A stretch of 64,000 bases of DNA from Paraspadella gotoi (Eukaryota > Animalia > Chaetognatha). Location of the stretch: contig CM119267.1 in assembly GCA_051294375.1 (NCBI GenBank), forward strand, positions 13,966,710 to 14,030,709. The letters are read 5' to 3'. This document shows, piece by piece, positions 25,437-36,857 of the stretch; the stretch's first letter is position 1, and every line of letters starts with the position of its first letter. The translations under genes were made by a program, and so were the position numbers. The notes beneath the pieces are model-generated. The model was not told the DNA's origin and searched no databases. It was given only the letters and a program-made list of their open reading frames with translations.

Positions 25437-26616
25437 CTATTTTAAATAGCAAAAAAGAAAATCAAAATACAAAGTATACTCCATTAAATAATACTTAAGT
25501 TTAAAAAAAAAACATTTCCTTATTTTTTTCATAAAATTACTGCGTACCTTATTTTAACAATCATGCTTTCCTCTCGTTCTCTATCTCTCTCTCTCTCCCT
25601 GAAAATAGAATTAAAGAGAAAACCATTGAACAATAAACTACATGTTTTTAACGCACGTTAAAAAAATTTCAATCTTTTCTTTTTCTTTTTTTTATTTTCA
25701 TCATTTCTTATTCTTCTTTTTTTTTTAAATTTCAACTTTTCCCTTTCTTTCGCCTTTTTCGAATTCGCTTCCCTTTTTCAATTTTTCCTCTTGATCCCTT
25801 TTTCTTCGTCGACCGCTCAATCGCCCCGCATTCCTTTCCATCGATAAATCTTTACTTTTACTTTTTAGTGTAAAATTTCACAGTCAAAAGTGAGATGAAG
25901 GGATGTAGAGATGTCGGGATGTAAGCGGGGATGATGTTGTGATGGAGAAATGTTCGAATTTAGCGATATATAAATGCAATGATGGATGATGCTGTGATGT
26001 ATCTAGGGAAATAAAAATGTAATGAATAAGTATGTTGTGAAGTAGTGATATAGAAATGTAATGAAGAAGAATGTAATGATACGTAGGGAAATAGAAATTA
26101 AGGTGATGTAGCGATAAAGGATGTATTGATGTAGGAAAGGAGATATGCAATGATATGTGGTGAAGTTGATGCAGGGATGGAAGGATTAAGTCGTGAAAAG
26201 AGAACAGAGGGAGCGGAGAGAAATAAAAATGGTAAGTGGAACGAGGTGAGGAAAGGCGACAGGACGAACCTGTCAGGGAAGGATAAAGGGTGAGGCGTGT
26301 CGAATCAATTACGAGTTAGTCGCCGCAATGAAGGACTCAAATGAACGACTTAACCGAACGACTCAAGCGAACGACTGAAACGAACGACTGAACAAAATGA
26401 CTCAAATATGGTTTTTACTAAGAGGAATTCTTTAATGTCAAGAATAGCTTGACTATGACTATATAGTATATACACTGTATAAAGTATACCAAATAGGTTT
26501 GCCACTTTCTTATCAAAACAAATTTTCTCTCTATTGAGAGATTTATTGTCATGCCATTGAAGAGCGACTGAGTTAGGAGACTTCCTGTCCGTTGTAGCTC
26601 TCTTTCCTCCTCAACG

Positions 26617-26672
<56 letters not shown>

Positions 26673-28044
26673 TCTTCTCTTTCAATTCGCTCTTTACTTT
26701 CCGTTCTTGTCTTTCAAACTTTTTTTTTCCCTTTTTATTTTTTTTCTTCTTTCATTCTTCATTCTTTCTATTTTCTACTCTACTATTTTCTCTCTCCCCC
26801 TCGTTCCTCTTTTTAACCGGAACGAGCGGCGATAAAGATTCTTGATCCATTATCATTCCTTCACCGAATTTATTGCCTACGTATTTCTTAAGGACGAAAA
26901 CCCTTTTTTTAAAAAAAAGGGGAATTTTCCCTCATTCACGGGGCTTTTTTTTTTTTTTGTTGTTTTTCTTTTGTTATGCATATTAATTTTTTGGGTTTTT
27001 ATCTTCCGATTTTTCATCGTTGTTATCTTTCTTTTTCATTATCAAGACGTGAACAAACAATTTTCGAATATAAAAATAAAAATACGACGAGGTTTTTAAT
27101 AATTAGAAGCTGAAAACTATTACGAATAAAGAGAAAGCTGAGGGAAAAAAAGGAAGGAGTCTTGAAAAAAAGGAAGAAAAGGATTGCGGCTTTAAAAACG
27201 ACAAAAGAAACGAAATAGAAATAATGTCAGACTAACAACAAGGCAAACAAAGGAACAAATAGTTTTGAACCAAACCATATAATGATTATAACAATTAAAC
27301 ATAAGAGAAAAGGAACATAGAGAGAAAGAAAGAAAGAAACTGAGAGAGAGAGAAGAGAGAGAGAATGAGAGAGAGAGAGAGAAAGAAGGAATTTCCCGCC
27401 CTATTCAGACGTCCTTCTTTTCTCCATTAACCTTTCTCACTTTCTTCCCTTTTTTAGGACAAGGGTCACTTCCGGAACTTCGGAACTCACCCACTCGCCT
27501 TCTCACTTCTCACCCACTGGCCCTCTCGCCCTCTCGAGTTGCGAACCCTCTCGCTCTCTCGATCTCATCCTCTCGTATTTCGCAATCTCCTTCACTTATT
27601 TCTGAGGTTTAAATAACAAAATTTGTTACATTTCTTTTCCTTGCACGTTGGATTGCGTGAACTCTAAAATCCCGCTACTCTCTCTCTCTCTCTCTCTCTC
27701 NNNNNNNNNNNNNNNNNNNNNNNNNNNNNNNNNNNNNNNNNNNNNNNNNNNNNNNNNNNNNNNNNNNNNNNNNNNNNNNNNNNNNNNNNNNNNNNNNNNN
27801 NNNNNNNNNNNNNNNNNNNNNNNNNNNNNNNNNNNNNNNNNNNNNNNNNNNNNNNNNNNNNNNNNNNNNNNNNNNNNNNNNNNNNNNNNNNNNNNNNNNN
27901 NNNNNNNNNNNNNNNNNNNNNNNNNNNNNNNNNNNNNNNNNNNNNNNNNNNNNNNNNNNNNNNNNNNNNNNNNNNNNNNNNNNNNNNAAAAAAGGAAAAT
28001 TTGTTGTGCTATAACATTAAGTACATTTGTGCCTACGTCTCGAG

Positions 28045-28125
28045 TTAAAAGTATTGGGCCTTGTCGAGATCATTGGGCCATAATAAAAGTATTGGGCCTT
28101 GTCGAGATCATTGGGCCATAATAAA
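28045..28125. repeat. Two-copy tandem repeat of about 38 bp (TAAAAGTATTGGGCCTTGTCGAGATCATTGGGCCATAA)
   Basis: Adjacent identical copies. Confidence 0.9.
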
Positions 28126-28418
28126 ACGAATTGGTCCGAGAAAGATGTTTTGGGGTTGAGGAGATTCTTAATCATTGACCCGTCGATTCGATGGAGTCCG
28201 AACGCCGCCGTCTTAGACTGAAGGACATTGCTGACTTACAAAAAAAAAAAAACCCGCAACAGCCACCGACGCTGCGTCAACGGCATCCGTCGGACCGCAG
28301 CAGCGACGGCTGCGGCGGAAGCAGAAGGAAAAAAAAATAAGACGAGATCGTCGACGACGAAGTTTCGGACAAAGTTTTGTGGTTTTTTCCGTAACCACCA
28401 CAAAACGAGAGAAAGGGG

Positions 28419-28502
<84 letters not shown>

Positions 28503-28949
28503 TCTCTCTCTCTCTTCTCTCTTCCGCACGTTTGTTTGCGGCATAATTTTCCCCCCGCTAAAAGGAAGAAATACAATTAAAATCCATACTCTAAGACTGC
28601 AGTCGAAGACTGTCGTGAGCATAATCGGCGGGTAACTGGAAGGCTTGAATTTTGAAATAGCGAAAGAATCAAGAGAGTTTGAGAGAGTGGAAAGCGAAGT
28701 ATCAGCGAGATTGAAAAGAAGTAAATTTGAAAAATAGCAAATGGAAAGTTGGATAATGATAGTAGCCATAAATTAATGATATTGCACCGATCCTTGTGGA
28801 CTGGCAAGTATCGAACATGTAATTAAGAACTATTTGATCTTATTCATTTAAACCCTATGAAAATCTAACTCTACAATTCAACGAAATTAATACATAAAGT
28901 TGTCTTAATTAACTCATAATGCAAAAAGCTACCTCAAGTCAAAAATAAA

Positions 28950-28989
<40 letters not shown>

Positions 28990-31570
28990 CTCTCTCGGTT
29001 CTCTCTCTCTCTCTCTCTTCTCGTCTCTCTCTCTCTCTCATTCCCCCCCCACTTCTCGTCTGCCCCCATCTTTTTTCCCCCGCCAAGGATCAACGGGCCT
29101 CATTACAGAAGCGCGAAGCGAGAGATGGAACTTTTTTTTTCCTTCCCCGTGGTCCTGGTCTTGAGCCGATTCGGAGGTTGGCTTGAGCGATTCGGAGTCA
29201 ACAGCCAGACAAGAAGAAACAGGATTTGAAAAAGGAATCTTTTCGACTTCTTTCGAACCGAAGCGGCGGTCAGGAATTTAAAAAAGAGAGGACGACGACG
29301 ATGAGGACGACGACGACAACGACGGAGGAATGAAAGCCAAATCCGTCCGATTCGCGATCCGACAGAGAGACAAAAAAGAAAATCGGTGATATGGATTTTA
29401 CACCCGACGGACGCGCTTCTAAGGCATCAGTGCGCTGTTGCTTTTGGAACCGACCGTCGCTGCGCATTTCCCGAGAAATAGGACCGATGGTGTTACGGAT
29501 CTACTTTTTTTTGGGCTATAAAGTCTAATAATATCCTCGTCTGTCTTTTATGAAGATTTTCAAAACTACTTGTTTCCACTATTTTTTATTTTTTATTTTT
29601 ATATATTTGTTCATGAAGATTTTACCATCTTAATCTATATTCTTTAAATATATATAATATTGCTTTCTTTAAAATATTTTACTTATCATATATCTAATAA
29701 CTTCATTTCTGGGAATGGGGAAGTCCAGTGTTGTCTTCTGGAAATAGGAGGACAGCATCTTCTACCACAACACAAGGTTTAGATTACAATCTGTCCTAGT
29801 TTTTCTAATAATATCACACATATCATTTCCTGTTAGAGAAAGTCAATTATATGAAAAAATCCTATATATTCTTAATTAGGCCCCCTGAAACAGAGCGGGT
29901 GGGAATGGATAATATTTTGTGTATGGGGGACCAAAGTTATATTTAGATTTTTTTTAAAAAAAAACTAATTAGGGATATAAGGACTACAAAAGCTAGAATT
30001 GTAATTGTTCTCGATAGGGGATACATACATGGAAAAAAAGGTCTATAGGGGCACCTTTTATGTCTATGAATATAATTTAAAATAACCTTTAAGTGAAAAA
30101 TAAATTTTTTCCTTTATCGCTAATTTAATTATTTCTATTTCTGAATATTTTTTATCTATTATGTTTATACAATGGGAAGGTCATCAAGTTGGGAACCATA
30201 TACCTACCTATACCCTATATAAAAAATATCAAGTTATTACTATGAAAACATTTTTCCGTCTTGGGAAAACAAAGGAGAAATATAATGGTGGAAAGAGGGA
30301 GGGAGACGAAGAGGAAAAGGAGGAGGAAGAGAGGATGAGAGCCGTTGGAGGAGGCGAGAAGAAAGTCGACGTGGGTCATATGAAGAGGAGGAGGAAGAGG
30401 GAGGAGGAAACGCCTTGAGTTTCGTGAGCTGATGGAGGTGGTCGACGTTTTAAAAAGATTTTGCGGGATGTGCCAATGTAAAATTGATAGGCGCGATCCA
30501 ATTCAATAAATTCCGTTCTCTCACCGATGTAAGCTTATTTTTTTTTTCCTTTTTTCTTCTTCCTCCTCTTTTCTCCTCCATCCTCTCCCGCTTTTGTCTG
30601 CTGTTCACCACTCCTCCTTCCTCTTTTTTTCTCTCCCAGACTCAAACTTGTGTCCCAGCCCGCTAAAAAAATAAAACCTTCTTACTCCTATTTTGATCTT
30701 ATTGTTTTTTTGTATTCGATTTATGTTGTTCGATTTTTTTTCTTTCCGTTAGGGGTGTTTTTTTTTTATATTTGGATACGGTAAAGCAGCAATGGACAGA
30801 CAGAGAGGAAAAAAAGGAGAAAAAGGAAAGAAAAAAAAAAGGAAAAAAAATAAGAAGAAAAGGAAAAAAAAAGATAAAAATAAAACGAAAGAAAGAAAAA
30901 TAAATAAATAAAGAAAAAAGAAAGAAAAAAGAAAGAGAAGAAAGATCAAGAGAAGAAAGAAAGAAAGAAAGAAAAGAAAGAAAGAAAGAAAGAAAGAAAA
31001 AGAAAGAAGACAGACAGACAGACAGAAATAGAGAGAGAGAAAAACGTATTCTGATTTCTTCAGCGACAGTGCCATCGCATGTTGCGAGATTTAATTTCAG
31101 CCATTAAGGAGCAAGAAAAAATTAAAAAGGAAAAAATACTCGCATTTCGAGATTTTCGTTACGAGTTTTGATCCCATAAAAGAAATTAAAAGAACTCTAC
31201 TCGATTTCCGATCCGATTCCGTCTTGAGACAAGAAATGTTCCAGGCTTCGTCCGTCGTTGTCGATGTTAGTGGGAAACGATTCAACAACTAAAGTTCATC
31301 TTCTTCTCATATCATTCGAATCGTCTTTAGAATCTTTGTTATTGCTCACGGACCAAAACATTGTTGGGGTGCGTCGGTTGAGCATTCGAGTACAATAAAT
31401 TCAAACTTTTTTAATCGTAACTATGATTATATTTTGTTGATTTGCCCTCCGGTTATTATGGATATTATCTATGTTATTTAACTTACCACGACACAAACAA
31501 AAATTAAGGAGAGAATATCAGCAACAGCATCAATATTCAAGTCTTCATTCGACGGCCATGATTCGCCACA

Positions 31571-31819
31571 ATGGCGCCCACCCACATCCTCTTCGTGCCT
31601 CCCCGCCCATCGCTCCTCGCGTTCCCGCCGTGGGCCCGGCTCTCGGCTCTCTATCTGGGCGCCGACCTTCTAGTGGTGGGCGTGGAGGCGTGGTCGCGGC
31701 GCGCAGATTCGGTGGTTTTGGCGCCGGGGGACCAACTCATCGCCGTAGATGACAGTCGACGTGACGGGATACTCGGCCGACGGGCTGTGAGGATGGTGGC
31801 CAAGAGGAAGAGGATGGAG
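31571..31819 (+). CDS. Exon encoding PDZ-like domain of the Delphilin-like gene
   Basis: 83 codons MAPTHILF...LLVVGVEAWSRRADSVVLAPGDQLIAVDDSRRDGILGRRAVRMVAKRKRME, ending at a strong GAG|GTAAGC donor (31819/31820). The segment V..V...S.A....L.PGDQLIAVD matches the PDZ betaC-alphaA-betaD pattern. Confidence 0.65.
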
Positions 31820-33051
31820 GTAAGCGGATTGTAGAAGCTGGACAGAGGGTGAAAAGGATCAAATATAATATAATTGTATATACAGCATTGTACATAAAAA
31901 GAAAGGAAACTGTAAAAATTTTAGAGATGACACGGCCAAAACAGGACGAACAAAGTTACTTATGTATCGATTCATTTTGTCTCCATATCTTATATTTTAC
32001 TCGAAGGATTTTCTCGCCATCAGCCGAAATCACATTCCCTCATTTTTCGCAGGTGTCGGCACCCGATTCGCCACGCATTGACAAGTGGTACTGTCCACGG
32101 GGGTGCAGACGAGGTCGAAGATTCCTCCATCGAGCAGATGGCGCTACGGATTCACGTCATTGAGCAAATCCAGTTCAGGTTCTTTGTTTGCCTCAATACA
32201 TTCTGCTCGCGTCTTGTCTGTCCTTAAGAATGGCTCGTTTCATCAAAGCCTTCTTCCGCCCCCAATCAGGGTTGGCTCCGCGTCTTCCAGGATCTCCAGC
32301 TTTACAAAAACTCGCGTCCTCGCCCCGGCGACGTCGTCCTCTCGTAACGGACGCCGCGTTCGTCCGCATGCGAGATTGCTGGAGACGCTGCTGGTTAAGG
32401 CCGCTGGGTCGCCTGCAGCTGGAGTATTGCGGGCCGGATCAGCCGCCGAAGGAATCGTACCGCCAAACGCCCCTCCGTTTGACGCGCGGTCGCGGTCTTT
32501 CGGCGCTCGAGGTGGCTGATGTGAGGACGCGACAAGCATCGCGCCGTGGCTGAGGACTTTAAGAGAGATACGCGGAATCGCAGCGTAATAAAACATTATA
32601 AAACAGCATATAGTTTTTTTATATAATTAGTATCGGTCCACTTTTCAGACGTCCACTTGGTGACCCAATTCCTTGAACCTTGCTGTTTGACCACCCCCAA
32701 GCAAACGACAGGTCATCTCAGTCATCCGACCCTTCCAATCCCCCAAGCATCATTTGGCGCAATTCGACGAAGACTCAATGGGTCGAAAGAGAGAGGAAGA
32801 GAAATCAGGCGCGGCAAGGTCCGACCACATTTTTTCACCTAATTCTTTATTCTCAAGAAACTGGTAAAAAAAGAAATTAAAAGCATTAAACATTACAGAT
32901 CCCAACAATCGTCAACTCGATTCGGCCCGGACCTTCCTCCAGGCAGCTTCAAACCGTACTACCTCTCTACCACCATCAACGCCAACCGCAACGACGCAAC
33001 AAACGTCGATGATCAGAACGCCTCGTCGTCATTCGAACGATTTGGCGCGGC

Positions 33052-33091
<40 letters not shown>

Positions 33092-36000
33092 GGGCGGCGG
33101 CCCGTCAGCGGGCGTGAAACGAAACCGACGACGGACGAAGTTTCGGCTTTCGTCATCCGAGGATCCACCCGACGCGCGTGGAGCAGCTCGAGGTCGACGC
33201 GCTGCCGTACGCGCCGGTCTCGCCGTCGCGACGCCATCTTGAAAATCAACGGGGAAATGACGTGGAAGGCGTCGCACACGCACGTCGGTCAAGCTGCTGC
33301 AGGGTTCGGGATCGTTCGCCGACGCTGCTGGTGTCGCTTGGGGAGGCGGAGGAGGAAGCGGGAGATGGTTTTGGGGGAGATTTGTTCGATTCCTCCTTTG
33401 GGGTTGCCGAGCGGAGGGCGCGCTTTTCTCGCGAAAAGGAGTGGCGAAAATCTTACGGGATATTTGGAAGAAGAGGTGTGTTTGTTGGTTGGAATGAGGG
33501 AAACGAGGTCAAATTTGACAAATGTATTAATTCTTAAAATGAGCTCTGTAATAATGGGAAGCCAAGCCAAGCCAAGTTTTTGTTGTTGTCGTTGGTTTTT
33601 TGTTTGAATTGATTTTGTCAGCCGACTCCATTTCACTTCCAATCCCCATTCAGGTCGTAAAAATCTAGCGATCTCGCTTATCTCATCAGACCCCCTCAGG
33701 GAAGATGGATCCAAATCAGAAGCTGAGCTTTCGAAGAATTCAGCCTTGGACCGCCTTCAACCGGGGAGGCATCTTATCTTGGCAATGCGGACTTTCAAAG
33801 AGAAAGATCGGAGTATCACTTGACCAAAATAGCAGCAAATCAAACTGCGCAAGATCCTCGAAGATTTACTTCGACGATCGAGACGTCGCCGCCTTCGCGG
33901 ACCGGCAGTTCGACGACCTGCTGGACAACGACGCCAAGCGCGACCCCTCTGGCCAGGATCCTTCAGTTATTGCTTATTCGCACCAAGAGTTTATTAAGAA
34001 CGGGAGAAGGAAAAGAAGGAAATCTTCTGAGGTCGTTGGGTTCGCAGCGGATCGAAGAGTTGGAAAAGATCGAAGGCAACGGACGGATCGAGTTCGGGGA
34101 GATCCACCGATTCAAAAGTCACGAGTCGAAAAAACAAAGAGAAAATATTAGAGACATCGAAGAGTTAAAAAAGGCCCTCCTTGACCAAAGACGGACGACG
34201 ACGACCCCATCGACCTCGAAACGGAAAACTCCATCGCCTCAGGCTCAACCCAGTTTATCGACTCATCCGCCAAATGGAGCGAGAACGCCTGAACAAGGCA
34301 CGCCGAAATCCTGGGAGAGCATCCAGCACCGATCCGACGGCCGATTGAAGACGGCGTTGAGGCGACAAAGCTTCGACACGTTGCAGACGTTCGAGTGGAG
34401 GAAGTGACGGCGAACCTCGTTTGAACGAGGACAGTTGAGAGCGCAGAGGCGGATCGCCGTTTGAGCATCGGAAGATGCGGATGGAACGGAGGCCGTCCTC
34501 ACCGGCTCGTCGATGTGGACGCCCGGCTCTAAAGAGTAAAGGGGCGGTATGAGAGGCCGGCGACTCGCGCGGACGATGCGCTGGGAAAATCTCGTCGTCG
34601 AAATCCGTGGAGACTCCCAGGACGAAATGGTGAAGATGAGGAGGAGGCAGGAAGAGTGGGATGTTCACGTGACTTAATTTCGATATTTTCTCTTCGACAG
34701 TGAGGATTTGATGAAGAGTGAGGTCTTGGAAGAGGAGATAGAGCGTCAGAGTGGTCAGAGTCATCCCTGATCCATCTGCTACAGTGACGACAACGAGACA
34801 ACGGACACGCCCTTAACGACGACGAAATCGCCTCCTTCGAGAATTTCTCGTTGCCTGACCCTTTCGAGCGAGAAACAGACTCAAGAAGGGGAAGGGATCC
34901 CAGTAAGTCGACGCGGGAAAGAAACTCACCCATGGACCGGAGGAAAAAACTTCGTGCAGCAGGCCAATTCGAAATCTCCGCAGCACAGGACTAAATCCGC
35001 CGAATCAACTCCGACGAACGGAGACCAAACGACGACAATGTTCGCAAGCAACAATAACAGGCAGAAATTCCAGAATAGGCCAGCAACATCGCGTTTGTGC
35101 TTCCGGTCCGTCACAACGCCATGGAACTCCCAAGCGACGAATTACGCGAGGTCCGTCAACCGGGAGGAGTTGCCTCCGGACCCCACCTCCTCCTCCTCCA
35201 CCACCGCCCCCTCCTCCTCCGCCACCACCGCCACCTACAAAATCAGCCGAAGAAGAAACATCCTCCTTCCGTCGCGACCCGATCGCCCTCGACCGTCGCA
35301 AAGCCCCCTTGACAGTTCTGATGGCGGAGCTGCAGGCGCCGCGTCAACTCTTCCTGCTGCGTCCGGAGGACAATTCGACGACGATTGGGGACGGTCGATT
35401 GCGAGGGACCGTCTTAGGAAACATCGTCTGAGGCGCGAAAACTTCGAGATGGCCGTCAAAGACTATGGACGCTCCACGCTGACTCCGGATGTCGCCGAGG
35501 ACGTGGAAAGGGCGTTTGCCCGGAAGAGCGGAGACGGTTTGGGGGAGGAGGAGGGGATTCGGGTAAAGGACGTTGCGGTCATGAACAGACTCGAGAAGGT
35601 TTGATGTCGTGGAGAGGTTATATAGAATTGGATTGATGGATTCATTGAAATAATTGTTGATTTGAATTTAATTTACCGATCAAATGCGTATGAATTGAAT
35701 GATTGGTTTTGAATGTATTCCTTGACTGATTGATTTGATCGGGTTTTGATTCAAGATACGATTCCATTTTTCAGATTCCGTTTCTCAACTTCGCGTTCGC
35801 GATTTGATGTTTAAAACGCAATTTTGCAAAAAAGCAGAAAGAACCGAGCAAAGTTTTTTCGCTCATTTCCCTGCCGCCGAGGAAATCGTCATGAGCGAGA
35901 TGCTCGGCGCATTTTCGCAGGTCATTCAAATCATGCACGCTGAGCCGAGACCAAGGTTCGTTTGGTTTTTTTTTTATTTTAATGAAAATAAGCTAAAATA

Positions 36001-36857
36001 AGTATTCAAGAAAAAAATATTAGTTCATGACAGATTTTAGAAGAAGATTTCGTTTGTTTCGTGTCCAAGGTCCGGTGTCTCGGGTTAGAATTTTTACAAA
36101 AACTTGATCAACATTCAATCGGGGATTACAACCATTTACAGGTACTGTATAATCCCGATGTTACAAAGAAAGACATTTAGGATTCTGGTATCTTTTAATA
36201 TTGCCACGCATTATCTTTTATTCAGCGTCTCGTAGCAGCCATAAAGGAACACGTGCCCGTGGCTTTAGATCTGAGAAAAGATTTGCCGTCTTTGAGTCAG
36301 CCGCCTCGTTATCTTTTCTCGTCTGCTCTCGCGAAAAGAGAAGTAGGGATACTCGCTACTCAGCGCTGATCCATAGTTATCACACTTTGAAAATTTTTTT
36401 TTTTCTTTTTTGCGATTAAGGAATTATTGCGACGGGATTGTCTTTGATTCCGACCATATCTAGAAGCTTTGAAGGACAAGCGTCGCAGAACAGGGGTATT
36501 TAAATCATTTTATTATTTTATTAATAAAGACCAACGCCTACAATTTTATTGTACTACATTCTTATTTACTTTTGGAATTTCAAATATCCTAATACGTCCC
36601 GGCCTCCTCACAGGGGCGACCGCTATGTAGAAGTGATGAGCCTCTTCGTCCGCACGCCTCCGAGCGCGCAATACGTTTGGACGCGACAGCGCGTCTTGCA
36701 GAGAGATGCTTGCAGCGCGCCTGGCGCCGTGTGGACCTCGTCAGTGACGACGCGGACGTGGGGGGTTACGCGGAGGAGACAAAAACGAAGCCCAAATTTA
36801 TTTTCGCGTCTGGAAGAATTCGTTCTAAGTTTTGAACGAGAAGCGAGACGAACTTGA
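31571..36857 (+). CDS. GRID2IP: Delphilin/GRID2IP-like formin (PDZ + putative harmonin-N-like + FH1 + divergent FH2), about 11 exons; whole-gene span
   Basis: Proposed exons bounded by GT/AG: 31571-31819, 32053-32178, 32229-32520, 32649-32818, 32899-33475, 33654-35598, 35775-35955, about 36034 (or 36070)-36141, 36226-36342, 36421-36495, 36614-36857. Domain order is PDZ-like LLVVGVEAWS..PGDQLIAVD, a long low-complexity linker, 18 consecutive Pro codons, then FH2-like segments in the correct order, with a stop right after FH2 and no DAD. PDZ+FH1+FH2 ending at FH2 is the Delphilin architecture. Several 1-nt indels must be assumed. Orthology is inferred by eye and the true 5' end may lie upstream. 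Confidence 0.72.
32053..32520 (+). CDS. Two exons (32053-32178, 32229-32520) encoding a possible harmonin-N-like helical domain
   Basis: Acceptor TTTTTCGCAG, a 50-bp GT..AG intron at 32179-32228 joining ..IEQIQF-R-MARFIKAFF.. in frame, and donor GTGAGG at 32521. With frameshifts the fragments RVFQDLQLYKNSR and GIVPPNA..RFDA resemble harmonin-N-like repeats of Delphilin. The domain call is tentative. Confidence 0.45.
32649..33475 (+). CDS. Linker exons 32649-32818 and 32899-33475 (low complexity, includes poly-Gly from (GGC)n at about 33054-33100)
   Basis: The phase-1 intron 32819-32898 joins ..RNQARQ-D-PNNRQLDSARTF.. in frame. GC-rich coding-like sequence lies between AT-rich GT-AG introns. 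At least two frameshifts are needed. Confidence 0.5.
33654..35598 (+). CDS. Large exon: Ser/Thr/Arg-rich linker, FH1 polyproline (35183-35236) and start of FH2
   Basis: 18 consecutive CCN codons with mixed third positions (CCA/CCT/CCG/CCC), which favours coding sequence over a pure microsatellite. Downstream ENFEMAVKDYGRSTLTPDVAEDVERAF..VMNRLEK resembles the FH2 knob. Donor AAG|GTTTGA. The overlapping ORFs 33705-34151, 33820-34407 and 34954-35604 are probably frameshifted pieces of this exon. Confidence 0.65.
35775..35955 (+). CDS. FH2 exon (coiled coil leading to the post region)
   Basis: IPFL/QLRVRDLMFKTQFCKKAERTEQSFFAHFPAAEEIVMSEMLGAFSQVIQIM (one frameshift) aligns without gaps to the FH2 pattern P..RL..L.F......K.E....S......A..E...S..L...L..V..M. 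Acceptor TTTTTCAG, donor AG|GTTCG. Confidence 0.78.
36034..36495 (+). CDS. Three small FH2 exons (about 36034-36141, 36226-36342, 36421-36495)
   Basis: The spliced reading LGLEFLQKLDQHSIGDYNHLQ|RLVAAIKEHVPVALDLRKDLPSLSQ/AASLS resembles the FH2 pattern FL..L...K.....T.LH.L......H.P..L....DLP....AA. The intron 36142-36225 is phase 0 and in frame. The 5' boundary of the first exon is uncertain. Confidence 0.72.
36614..36857 (+). CDS. Last coding exon, C-terminal FH2 helices
   Basis: GDRYVEVMSLFV/HASERAIRLDATARLAERCLQRA.../NLFSRLEEFVLSFEREARRT* (two compensating frameshifts) matches the recalled Delphilin C-terminus D.F..VMS.F...A......LD...R.A...L..A ... FF....EF...FER. Stop TGA ends at 36857. 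Confidence 0.78.

Noticed and set aside
32587-32592. AATAAA suggesting that a separate PDZ gene ends at about 32553
   Set aside because: It falls within a plausible GT-AG intron (32521-32648), and PDZ plus FH1/FH2 on the same strand fit one Delphilin-type gene. Two genes cannot be fully excluded without transcripts.
33029-33292. Minus-strand poly-Pro ORF as a second FH1
   Set aside because: It is the antisense of a nearly pure (GGC)n tract within a plus-strand exon of the formin-like gene.
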